Source: the human T2T-CHM13v2.0 reference genome, Homo sapiens
Reading direction: 5' to 3' (one strand)
DNA length: 64,000 bases
Assembly: GCF_009914755.1 (NCBI RefSeq)
Contig: NC_060939.1
The position numbers were made by a program, and so were the translations under genes. The first letter of the stretch is position 1. Each line of letters starts with the position of its first letter. Of the stretch, positions 37,707 through 52,192 are shown in pieces. The notes under the pieces are model-generated. The model did no database searches and was not told the origin of the DNA. It saw only the letters and a list, made by a program, of their open reading frames with translations.

Positions 37707-38499
37707 AGATGGAGTCTCGTTCTGTTTACCCAGGCTGGAGCACAGTGACATAATCTCGGCTCACTGAAACCTCTGCCTCCTGGGTTCATGCTAGTCTTCT
37801 GCTTCAGCCTCCCGAGTGACTGGGATTACAGGCATGCACCAGCACACCCGGCTAATTTTTCATATTTTTAGTAGAGATGGGGTTTCACCATGTTGGCCAG
37901 GCTGGTCATGAACTCCTGATCTCAAGTGATTTACCTGCCTTGGCCTGCCAAATGCTGGGATTACGGGTGTGAGCCACCATGGCCGGCCTAAAACCTTAAT
38001 TTCTGAGAACATTTAATACTTTATCATAAACATGTTTTATTGTATTTACACTGCTTTATTGTGCAACATGAAGTAGTTCTAAAATTGTGAGAGTGTTATC
38101 AATACCGATAAATATTTTATTTTTCATTATAGTATATTCTATTAATGATATGTAGTTCAAAAGTCCCTTGACATACTTTTCTTTGTATATGCATGGGTTA
38201 ATTTGCTTGTTGCCAGTTGTAGGTTTTGCTTTTTTATGATTTAATTTTAATTTTTGAGGATGAAAGTCATGTATGTTTCAGAAGTAAAGACATCTAAAGT
38301 ATACTCACAATGTTGTTGCTTTTTCTGGTCCTGCTGCCTTTGTCCATGTCCCCTCCCCATTTCCCCGTAGGTAGTCATTGGTACTTGCTTTCGGTTTATC
38401 TTTTCAGAGCATATGCACGTGTGTGTGTTTGTGTGTGTGTCTTTTTTTTCTTTTTTTTTTTTTTTAACACCGAGTCTCGCTCTTATCAACTCAGGCTGA

Positions 38500-38628
<129 letters not shown>

Positions 38629-38990
38629 TAGTTGGGACGGCGTTTCACCGTGTTGGCCAGGCTGGTCTCAAATTCCTGATCCCCCGTGATGTGCCCCGCT
38701 CGGCCTCCCAAAGTGCTGGGATGACAAGCATGAGCCACCTCACCTGACCACGTGTCATTTTTCTTGTATGTTACATAAGAGGTAGAATAGTATTTATACT
38801 ATTATGCACCTTTTCATTTATATTTCTTGGATGACTTTCATGAAATGTAAAATGATTAAGTCACTAATTCAGTAAATCATTGATTTTATTACCGAATGAT
38901 CGAATACATAAGGGGGATTGAGATTTTTTCCCATATCATTCTTTAAAAATTGCAGTGTGAGTGTGAGCTTATCTCGTTTATCATTGCCAG

Positions 38991-39105
38991 CTTGCATTCA
39001 CAAGAGATGGGCTCTGTGGTCTGTGGAATGAAATGGTTAAAGATGGAGAAATTGTATACACTGGAACAGAATCAACCCAGAACGGATAGCTCCCTCCTGG
39101 AAAAG
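38991..39105 (+). pseudogene. HERC2: HERC2-like exon 3 with a premature stop (LAFTRDGLCGLWNEMVKDGEIVYTGTESTQNG*LPPGK)
   Basis: ttgccag| acceptor and |gtaagg donor; 115 nt; TAG at 39087-39089 where HERC2 has E57. Confidence 0.95.
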
Positions 39106-39643
39106 GTAAGGGCCTTTAACTAGTGTTTTTTATTTGGTAAAGACCATTATAAAATGCATTTTATAGAAATTTTGTAATGTGCTATAGGAACAGGAGCTTT
39201 GAGCTTAACTCTTTGAAGTTTTGCTTTTTACTTTGGAGATTGTTGTCTAAAATGGTAGTTAATACAAGCTGCCCGGATTTTATTGTTTTACGTGAATTGA
39301 AGGCATTTTTATTGCAAAACCGTCTTGCTGCATTTGTGGTGTTCTTTGGGGGTGTATTAAACACTTATTGGAAGCCTTTGGCCTGCAAGGAAATGCCATT
39401 GAACAATCTTATTTAGCGTTGTAGTTTTGCATGCTCAATAGGACTATCATTAGGTTGTTCATAACAGTGGCTGTGTTTCAGAGTCCCCATTGAGGTTTAA
39501 AAAAATGGATGCTTGTATACACCCTAAACTTGTTGAATCTGAAAAGATCCTTGGTTGAGAACCACTGTTGAAGTTCGTTGGTCCCCCTGCTTGAGAGTCA
39601 TCAACGTGGATAAAGCTACCACTTTAGAAAGTATTTATTCTAA

Positions 39644-39930
<287 letters not shown>

Positions 39931-40115
39931 TGATCCGCCCGCCTCAGCCTCCCAAAGTGCTGGGATTATAGGCGTGAGCCACCGTGCCTGGCAAGTATTT
40001 ATTCTTCTTTTGTGGAATGAATTGGGATGGTGTCCACTTGAAAATACTTGGGGACCGGGCGCGGTGGATCGTGCCTGTAATTCCAGCACTTTGGGAGGCT
40101 GAGGCGGGCAGATCA

Positions 40116-40394
<279 letters not shown>

Positions 40395-40463
40395 TCAGTT
40401 TCAGTGTCAAGCAGAGTTACCTGTGTTTTTATTTTAATTTATTTTTTATATTTGTTTGAAAAT

Positions 40464-40466
<3 letters not shown>

Positions 40467-40504
<38 letters not shown>
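40467..40504. repeat. (CA)19 microsatellite
   Basis: Directly visible. Confidence 0.95.
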
Positions 40505-40506
<2 letters not shown>

Positions 40507-40945
40507 AACTGACAGACGTGTACAGTGAGTGGCTGCAGACCCACCTCCATGTTCTGCCACCGTATTTGGCTCCACATCCTGCTGTCTGTCCATCCACCGT
40601 TTGTCTCACCTAGCTCCTTAGACACTCATGTATGTAATTGATTCTAGTTCAACTTTGTTTTTGACTTTCAGGTAAAATTTATATATAATGAAATGTATCT
40701 ATTTTGAGTTTACCATTTCACAAGTTTTGACAAATGTAACCCGTGTAACCCACATCTTTATCATGACTCTTGCTCAGAAAGTTCTCTGGTGTCCTGCCCC
40801 TTCTTCCCAGAGGCAATAGCTGGCCTGATGTTTCTCCAGCATTGACAAATTGCGCCTGTTCTAGAACTCCATACATGGAATCATGTAGTCGGGTTCTTCT
40901 GTGTCTTGGCTTCTTTCACTCTGTTTAGTGCTTTTGATTTTCATG

Positions 40946-41805
40946 TTTTTTTTTTTTAAACAACATAATGGGTTTATATTTAATATAGCACTTCTCATCA
41001 GGAGGTGTTACTCAGTTAATATAAAGTTTTTATTAACATTAAATCTCTTTTCCATGTCAATGTCTATAGTGTTTTTTTTTTCTTTAACATTAAGTCTTTT
41101 CTCCATTTCAGTATTAGATACACTGAATACATTTTTCTAAATGATTTTTTTTCTTTCCAGAGATAAAAGTTTCCCTTTTTGGCTGACTATTGGATATCTG
41201 AATTTGGGAGATGACAAAAGTCTAATAAAAATACAGAGAACAGACTCAGTGATTTAGGAGGCAGTGATTACGACTGAACAGTGGCGATTTCCTAGGATTC
41301 TGGGCAAAATCCATTTATGTACCAATTTGTTCCCATTTCATGGAATCAACTCAGAAAGTAAAACTCTCCTACTTACTAATTCTTGGAAACTTTCAGACAC
41401 CAAAGCTTACATTTAGTTTCAGTAGCACAAAGGTTTTCAGGGTGAGGTTTCATTCATTAGGCCCTTCAAAGTCACATCTGTTCATTTTTATCTTTCGTGC
41501 GTATACCCGCAAGCAAGTACAAACACCTGTAATACTGAGAACCACACCTTTTAACGAGAGAGCAGTTGCATCACTGGCTTCCACTGCCTTGACAGCAGGC
41601 AGCACCAAAAGCAGTGACATAAGGACTAAGGACAATTGTGTTGAAACTGAGGTCATGATGTTGGGATTTTGAGGGCTGAATGTTCCAAGTAAGTGGTATA
41701 TATAGAATTCTCTCTGACTTGAAATTTTCCCTTTCTGGACCTCTGGATGCTGAGGCTAAGAGTGTCCATATGACAGTGTCTTCCAAGACAGGAATCAGCA
41801 ACCTT
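40946..41805 (-). pseudogene. SMIM30: Processed retrocopy of SMIM30 (LINC00998 micropeptide), with ORF 41656..41450, 5'UTR, 3'UTR and poly(A)
   Basis: The ORF MTSVSTQLSLVLMSLLLVLPAVKAVEASDATALSLKGVVLSITGVCTCLRVYARK matches my recall of SMIM30 (MTSVSTQLSLVLMSLLLVLPVVEAVEAGDAIALLLGVVLSITGICACLGVYARKRNGQM). On the - strand there is ATTAAA at 40984-40979 and an A12 tail at 40957-40946. The copy interrupts an old L1. Confidence 0.88.
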
Positions 41806-42539
41806 TTTTTGTTTTTCTGTATCAGTAATTCATTCTGTATATTTTAAAAAGTTTTAACCTCTTCTTCCTAGCCCTCCAGTATTTGTTTATAAATTAAAAC
41901 GTTTCCCAAAGTGTTTTCTGTGAAACAATAGTTCTAAAAGGTGCTCTAAGAAAAGCTAAGTACATGGCAAAATCCAAAGTATATGTTTTATTCATTACAT
42001 TTGATGAATTTTTTTTGTTTTTTCCTCTCGAGAGGGAGTCTTGTTCTGTCGCTCAGGCTGGGGTGCAGCGGCATGATTTTGGCTCACTGCAACCCCTTCC
42101 TCTCGGGTTCAAGCAGTTCTCTGCCTCAGCCTCCTGAGTACTCAGCTAGGATTACAGGCGCCCTCCACCATGCCCAGCTAATTGTTGAATTTTTAGTAAA
42201 GACGGAGTTTCACCATCTTGGTCAGGCTGGTCTTGAACTCCTGACCTCATAACCCACCTCGGCCTCCCAAAGTGCTGGGTTTACAGGTGTGAGCCACCAT
42301 GCCCAGCCCACATTTGATGAATTTTTTTGTCTTTTGTTCTTTTAAAAATCATGGTTGGAAAGCAGAGCATAATTGTTCTTTATGTAGATCCCAACTGATT
42401 GGGATTGTTAGGGAGATGTTTTGGCATTCAGTAAATGTTTTTGTTTTCCATTATTAAGACTATGAATATTTTATTTTATTTTCTGAGACAGGGTCTCAGA
42501 ATTTGTCAAATTTGTAAAATTTATAGCCAGATGTAGGGT

Positions 42540-43159
<620 letters not shown>

Positions 43160-43194
<35 letters not shown>
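43160..43194. repeat. (CA)17 microsatellite
   Basis: Directly visible. Confidence 0.95.
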
Positions 43195-43196
<2 letters not shown>

Positions 43197-43542
43197 CAGA
43201 GTCTGGCATTCAGAGCCAGCACCTGTGTTCTCACCTGAGCCGTGTTCCTGGCTGGGTTCTACTCTGTATTCTGTGACTCGAGGTGTCTACCTTGGTAAAC
43301 TGGAGGCTGTTTTAGTTTGCATTCCCGCTGACAATCTGTCACGTTTCTGTTGCTCTGTGTCTTTGTTAGCACTTGGTGTTATCAGTGATTTTTAGTTGAG
43401 CCATTCTAACAAGTCTAGTGGGATCTCATTGTGGTTTTAATTTGCAATTCTGTAATGGCTAACAATGCTGAATATCATGTTCTTTTTTGCCACTCTTGTA
43501 TCCTCTGTGAGTTTCTGTTCAGATCTTTTGCACAGAAAAAGC

Positions 43543-44035
43543 TGTATCATGGAACCAGTAAAATAACCAAGGAGAGGTTGATTAAAGTTCTGTTTATAAC
43601 CCTAGAAGATTCCTGCCCTAGGGATATGGGATGGCTGAACGTAGGACACCGACACTGGACAGATGAAATAGCAGTTTATTAGTCACGCATGCTCACAGCC
43701 CTGGGGTGGGGGACACCGCATGCCACACGGGGGCTGCACTTGGGAACAGAGCGAACCACGAGGGGCTGTGGGAGGCACATTTTGTAGTAACAGGAGGGTG
43801 AGATGACCTTGCTTCCATGGGAAGATGTGACTGGCTTGTTTGAATAACTCTGGGCCGGCAGGGATGAGCAGGCTGGGGTCGGGTTTCCGCGATAAGGAGG
43901 TTGTTTGGCTTTGGGATCTTATCCGTGAGAGCAGAGCTCAGGGGAGACCTTGTGGTTAGGCTATTTGAGGCCTTCTTGATTTTACCAATGTCAAGGCAGC
44001 ACGTAATATTTAGTCTTAATTTCAGGCCACACGAG
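43543..44035. mobile_element. ERVL-type solo LTR (MER54/MER74-like; family uncertain)
   Basis: About 490 bp with TG...CA ends and gacactggacagatgaaatagcagtttattagtcac (poly(A) signal on the - strand); interrupts an L1. Confidence 0.45.
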
Positions 44036-44269
44036 AAATTCTTCTGTATCTACTTTCCGTGGCACTTTTCAAAAGGTTTTGTCCTTAGTGTTTAGCAGTT
44101 GATTATGATGTGCCTCGTCATGGCTTCCTTTGGATTTATCTTGTGTGGGCTTTGTGCAGATTCTTCAGTCTGCCTGGGTTTATGTCATTTGCTGAACCTA
44201 GGAAGTTTTCAGCCATTAGTTCTTTGGATATTTTTTTCAGCATTCACCTTTTCTCTCTTGTTATTAACC

Positions 44270-44410
44270 TGTGGGGTCTGTGCTAATTCTAGGTAGTTAG
44301 TTTCAGAATTGAATTGCACTGTGGGACACAAAGCTGGGTGTCGCAGAGAACTGGAGAATTGCTTGGTGCAAAAGTCCATACATTTGGTGTCAGAAGTGTT
44401 ATAAACAGAG
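44270..44410 (+). mobile_element. MER21-like LTR 3' fragment
   Basis: tgtggggtctgtgctaattctaggtagttagtttcagaattgaattg...catttggtgtcagaagtg. Confidence 0.6.
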
Positions 44411-44925
44411 GAACTGTTTCCTTCGAGATTTTTAGATAGTCATTATTTGTAATCTGGATGGGATATCATGTCTTTCCCCGATTGAGATACATTTTTCTAA
44501 TTATGTTGTTAGACATTTAGTCACAGCCTTCTGTGATGGAATGTGTTTACACTTCAAGGTTAAGGTTAGTTCTCTCTTCTCTTCGCTTACTGTGTAAGGA
44601 GTTTTATGACAGTTGTTTTTGACTGAAACTTGACATTGTCAGTGGCCTAAAGTGATTTTTCTCAGCTTTTCCTTTGTGTCCCAGTGCTCTTGAATTATGC
44701 CAGCAGTGACAGTGCCCCTGCATAGCAGTGCTTCCCAGTTGGCAGTGGAGTAGGGCCTTGTAAAGAGTTAAAAGATTTTTGAATCATACTCTTGTTCTAC
44801 ACCCTCCCTTTTCCCATGGATACACAAGCACTGGGACTCACTGGATAAAAGCAATTGGTGTGAAATTGAAGTAGGTAAATATGAAAGACTTAAGTTTCTC
44901 AGTTAAGAAATGTACTAGGAAGTAG

Positions 44926-45180
<255 letters not shown>

Positions 45181-45463
45181 TAGCCAGGATGGTGTCGATA
45201 TCCTGACCTCCTGATCCACCCGCCATGGCTTCCCAAAGTGCTGGGATTACAGGCATGAGCCACCACGCCCGGCCAATATATTGGTTTCTTTATGAAAATT
45301 ATACTGGATCTGTTACAGGTATGATTGATGTATTTTATTTTTAAGTTGTCAAGCATTCAGTTAATCATGTGTGTTGTAACTTTTCGGGGAGGGACATTTG
45401 CAGAGGCTAACGGTATGACATTCTGAAAAGCGGTGACAGATTAAAAAATTTTTAATTCTGCAG

Positions 45464-45595
45464 ATGATAGTGTCGAACCAAGTGGGACAAAGAAAGATCT
45501 GAATGACAAAGAGAAAAAAGATGAAGAAGAAACTCCTGCACCTATATATAGGGCCAAGTCAATTCTGGACAGCTGGGTATGGGGCAAGCAACCAG
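45464..45595 (+). pseudogene. HERC2: HERC2-like exon 4 (DDSVEPSGTKKDLNDKEKKDEEETPAPIYRAKSILDSWVWGKQP), with one codon deleted
   Basis: ttctgcag| acceptor and |gtgatc donor; 132 nt versus 135 nt expected; open frame. Confidence 0.95.
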
Positions 45596-46156
45596 GTGAT
45601 CTTGCGAATTTTGGCACTTTGGAAAGGTTGATCTGACACTCCCTTTCTAAATAACTTGAATGGATTCTTAGTATTTTTTTGGTAACAATTTTTTAAAAAC
45701 TAATTAAAAAATTTAAATATTGTGGTAAAATATACATACCATGTAACTTACCGTTTTAACCAGTTTTATGTGTACAGTTCATTGGCATTAAATATATTGA
45801 CATTGTTGCCCAGCCATCACGCTTGACTAATTAGAGACAGAATCTCACTGTGTTGCCCAGGCCGGTCTTATACTCCTGGCTTCACGGGATCTTCCTGCCT
45901 CAGACTCCTGAGTTGCTGAGATTTCAGATGTGAGCCATCGCACCTGGCACTATGTGTAACTTTTTGAGGAAGCAGTAAACTGTTTTCCACAGTGGCTACA
46001 TTGTTTTACATTCTTGCAGCAGTATACTAAGGTTCCAATTTCTCCACACCCTCACCAACACTTTTTGTTTTCTGATGATAGCCATCCTAATTTGTGTGAG
46101 TAGGTACAGCATCTCATTGTTTTGATTTATATTTCCCTGTTGATTAGTCATGCTGA

Positions 46157-46732
<576 letters not shown>

Positions 46733-49521
46733 TGAGTTTTTTGTTTTGGGTTATAGGAGTTCCTTATCATGGATGGACTTTCATAATCTCTTCCCTTTCT
46801 CCAACCCAGTAAAACCCATATATTTATTCTTTGCTTACTTTTTTGTGTGTAATTGAATTTTTTAAAATGTCTGATGCATTTTCGTTCCAATTAAAAATAT
46901 ACATCAAATAAATGTTTTCTTATAAAAATGTATCGATTATAAAAGCAGAAATTTCACCTGGCTGCCCACCCCAATTTCAGTTTTCCTCTAAGAGTTAGCC
47001 ACTATTATCCCTTCAGAGTGGATATTCAGGCTTTTCTTTCCTGGCATGGACATACATATGTAAATGTACATATATAAAAATAATTAGTGACACCATGCAT
47101 GGTAGCTCACGCCTGTAATCCCAGCACTTTGGGACGCTGAGGTGAGAGAATTGCTTGAGGCCATCAGTTTGAAGCTGCAGTGATCTATGATTGTGCCTCT
47201 ACACTCCAGCCTGGGTGACAGGGTGAGACCCTGTCTCTTAAAAAAAAATTCGTATTTGGGGTTAGTAGTAGTACCTACCTCATAGGTTATTATGGGATCA
47301 GTACAGTAGGCCAGACAAAGTGCGTATGCTATTATTTTGCATGTAGTAAGTACCAGCATATACTACCTGTTATCCAGAAATTTGCTGAAATGTGCCTTGT
47401 ATTTTCTCTCTTTCGATTTTGATCAGTCTTCCTAGAAGTCATCAGTTTGAGTTTTTTCAAAGAACCAGTTGTTGGTTTTATTGATTTTGTTTGTTTTCTT
47501 TTTCATTGATTTCTGCTTTACTCTTTATTATTTCCTTTTTTCTGCTGGCTTTGGGTTCCATTTGTTCTTCTGTCTCTTCTAGTTTCTTAAGGTAAAGGCT
47601 TAGATCATTGACTTCAGATTTTTTGTCTTTTCTAACAAGTGTTCAAGACTATAATATAAATTTCCCTCTAAGCATTGTTTAGCCACATTTCACAAATTTG
47701 GAAATGTTTATTCATTTTCATCTTCATTCAGTTGAAAATATTTTCTAATTTCCCTTTTAATTTCTTCTTTTACTCACTTATTATTTGGAAATGTGTTATT
47801 TCATTTCCAAATATTTGGGGATTTTCAAATATCTCCTGTTAACAATTTCTAAATTAGTTGTAGTCAGAGAACATATTCTGTGATTTCAATGCTGAGGCTT
47901 GTCTGAAGCCCCAGAATATGGTGCATTCTGTGGAATGTTTCATGCACATGTAATAAGAATGTGGCTGGGTGCAGTGGCTCCTGCCTGTAATCTCAACACT
48001 TTGGGAGGCTGAGGTGGGTGGATTACTTGAGGTCAGGAGTTCGAGACCAGCCTGGCCAACATAGTGAAACCCTGTCTCTACGAAACATACAAAAATTAGC
48101 TGGGTGTGGTGGTGGGTGCCTGTAATCTCGATTGCACCCCTGCACTTTAGTCTGGGTGACAAAGCAAGACTACATCTCAAAAAAAAAAAAAAAGTGTATT
48201 TTGCTGCTCTGTAAAGCTTAGTGAGATCAAGTTGATAGTGTTCAGGTATCCTTGACTTGAAATAGTTTTCTGCCTGCTTGTTCTAGTCACTGTTAGGAGA
48301 GGAGTTGAACTAACACACAAGGTTGGCTTACCACATTAGTTTGACATGAATCTCAGAGATGTTACCCGTAGCTGATTACTTAGTAACTTTAAAGATACAA
48401 GTAATATCCTCACTTGTGTGCTCAGGCAAAGTGGGGAGAGATGTGGGAGAGTCTGTGCAACCCCCGCAGGTCCATCCTCTTTGAGCCCGGCCTGCGAGAT
48501 GAGACCTCTCACTGAGGCGTGTGGTCCTCTCACTGAGGTGTGTCGTCATCTCACTGCACAAGGAGCATTAAGGATGTGCAGTGTTCCCGTTTTGTAGTCA
48601 GATAGTTTATACACCTTAGGGAACCTTTTCCAGGGAGCCATGTCCCATAAGTCCATGGATTTTAGGTATGTTTACCAAACACAATCCTAAACTAACCACA
48701 TCTTGCTAAAAACATTTCATAGATAAGGACACTTCTCCTAGCAAATACCAGTCATTTATTTACAGAGAAGCCAGTCTCAGTGTTCTGGGAGATCAGCCCC
48801 AGTGACTGGCTTTATTTCCCAGGAGTATCTCCATTGTGCTGGGGAGGCATGAAGAGCAATTTCACTGCTTAGTTCCTCTTTCTTCTGAGGAGAATTGAAA
48901 TCTCTCATGCTAATTATGGATTATTTTCTTTCAGCTCTGCAGGTTTTGCTTCATGTATTTGAGAATGTTATAAGGTGCATGCACTTTTAGGATTTTTACG
49001 CCATATTCATAAATTTGACCCCCTTAATCTCCGGTGACATTCTTTGTTGTGAAGTCACCTTGGTCTGACTACTCTCCTTTCTTCTGATTTGGTGTTTGCG
49101 TGGTGTGTTTGCCAGGTTTAGCTTTTTTCACTTTCAAACTTTGTGTATGTGTAAAGTAGATTTCTTTCAGGTATCATTTAATTAGGTCTTGCTTCTTTAT
49201 TCACCCTGACAACCTCTGTTTTTTATTTGGAATCTTTAGACTACTTGGGTTTAAATCTATCATCTCTGGCGTTTTCAGTTACATCTTTCACTTGTCACTG
49301 CCCACTCTCAAATGGTATTACACTGCCTGAGCCGCGGGGCAGTGCTCTGACTGTAGCTTCCTGCTTCTCACATGTTCTTGGTTGGTAGTGTTGCTGTGTC
49401 ATGTCCAAGTGAAACATGGTATAAACCCCACAATATGATGTTTTTGTTTTTGCTTTAAATAGGCAATTACATTTTTTCCCCTCAAATTTGAAAAGAGAAA
49501 AAAAAGTCTTTTTTTTTTTGA

Positions 49522-50057
<536 letters not shown>

Positions 50058-52072
50058 TGATCCACCCACCTCGGCCTCCCAAAGAGCCACCATGGCTGGC
50101 CAAAAAAAAGTTTTTTATGTTAACTTTCATTTTACCATTATGGGCCCTTAAGGTTTTGTTTCTGTCCCAGCTACCTTGTGTTATCATGTTCCTTCAGTTT
50201 GAAGATCTCCCTTTACCATTTCTAGATTTTCTGACAGAGAAGTTTTTCAGTCTGTCTGGGTATCAATTTTGGCTTTATCTCTGACTCTACACAAATCACT
50301 TTGTCTCACCTTGGGCCTCTCATGTATAAAATAGGAATAAGTGGCCAGGTGCAGAGGCTCATGCCTGTAATCCCAGCACTTTGGGAGGCTGAGACGGGCG
50401 GATCATGAGGTCAGGAGATCGAGACCATCCTGGCTAACGTGGTGAAACCCTGTCTCTACTAAAGATACAAAAAAATTAGCTGGGCGTGGTGGTGGGCACC
50501 TGTAGTCCCAGCTACTCGGGAAGCTCAGGCAGGAGAATGGCATGAACCCAGGAGGCGGAGCTTGCAGTGAGCCAAGATTGCACCACCACTGTAGCCTGGG
50601 TGACAGGGTGAGACTCCATCTCAAAACAAAAAAAACAAACAAAAAAAAGGAATAAGTATAATATAATGTAAATAATTAAAATTATATATAAAATAAGTGA
50701 AAGTACTTACTCAGAGAGTTGCTGTGCAAATGACATGAAATAATGCATTTGAAGCTCTTAAGTCAGTGCCTGGCACAAATGTTTGATAAAGATTTGTTGT
50801 GATTTTAAAAATCTGTTATTTTGCCTTTCTCCATGTTTCCCCTCACCTAGGTATCAAAGTACCTACAGTTATGGGTGGGTAACTAGACTAAAAATGTACC
50901 TTTCTTGCTCAGATTAAAGCCCGGCTTATTGACTCAGGGCAGCTTTAATCGGTTTATTTGGAAGCTCTGCTTGTTCACAGGTACAGAGCTTTTGCAGAAC
51001 CGACTCTGTACCTGGCAGCCTTGAAGGGGCTTGGATTCAAAGCATATTCTTGAGCCACGCCATCTTTAATCAAACTGCAGGTGGAATTTGTAGCTGTTAG
51101 AATAGCTCCTATTCCTTTCATTTCTTTTTCTGTTTTTTTACTCTTCCATCTCAGCCTAAAAAGAAAAACACGTTAATTTGAGCCATAGGAATTTAGAATT
51201 TGTTTTTTCTTTTGCTTAGATATGTTTGACTAAAGCTTCCTTTTTCACAGGTTTATTTTTTCCAACATTTTATTATGAAAAAAATATATACAGAAAAGTT
51301 GAAAGAATTTTACAGCGCGCACCCACATATTCACCACCTAAGATTGTGCCGCTGGCATCATCCCACGTGCTTTATCACCGTTCTCTCCACCTTTTCATCC
51401 TTCTATTCATCCATCAGTCCCTCACATTTTTTTTGCAATGTTTCCAAGGAGACCTCTGGACACTTGCTTCTCAACATTGCAGCGTGTAGGCCCTCAGCAG
51501 GAGTTCAGAAGTGCACATTTCACAGTGAACCTTCTGAGAGTGTTGACAGATCACAGCTTTTCTTTTTGTCTAATGAAAAGGGCTTGCTGGCCATTGGGTG
51601 TTGTAATCTCTTAGGAGAGTAAACTCTTAGTAACTATCTAAATCATTCTTAATGATTCTCTCTGCTGTATAAATAGGTCTGGGAGGACCCTTTCTGACAT
51701 TCTTGTTGGCATAGGTTTTAGCTTAAGGTGTTGTAAATGCTGTTTATCAAGATGATGAAGTTCCCATTTGTTGCTATTTTCTGAGAATTTTTATCATTCA
51801 CGAGTATTGAATTTTGTCATTTGCTTTTTCTAAATCAATTGATATGTAATTATGTGATTTTTGTTCTTTAGTCTATTAATAGGGTGGGTTACATTGATAT
51901 TTGACTGTTGAACCAGCTTTGCATTCCTGGAATGAAACTACTTGGCGATGATGTGGAATTCTTTTTATATATTGTTTACTTCTACTTGCTAATAATTCAC
52001 TGAATATTTTTGTGTCTATATATATATTAAGGTATATTGTTCTGTAGTTTGTACTGTCTTTAGTTACGGTAC

Positions 52073-52192
52073 CTAATATTAGCTTCTTAAAATGCTAATA
52101 TTAGCTCTAATATTAGCTTCTTAAAATGCTAATATTGGCTCTAATATTAGCTTCTTAAAATGCTAATATTGGCTCTAATATTAGCTTCTTAA
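52073..52192. repeat. 34-bp tandem repeat (CTAATATTAGCTTCTTAAAATGCTAATATT(A/G)GCT), about 3.5 copies
   Basis: Units start at 52073, 52107, 52141 and 52175. Confidence 0.92.

Noticed and set aside
52073-52192. CRISPR-like palindromic array
   Set aside because: No unique spacers; a simple tandem repeat in human DNA.
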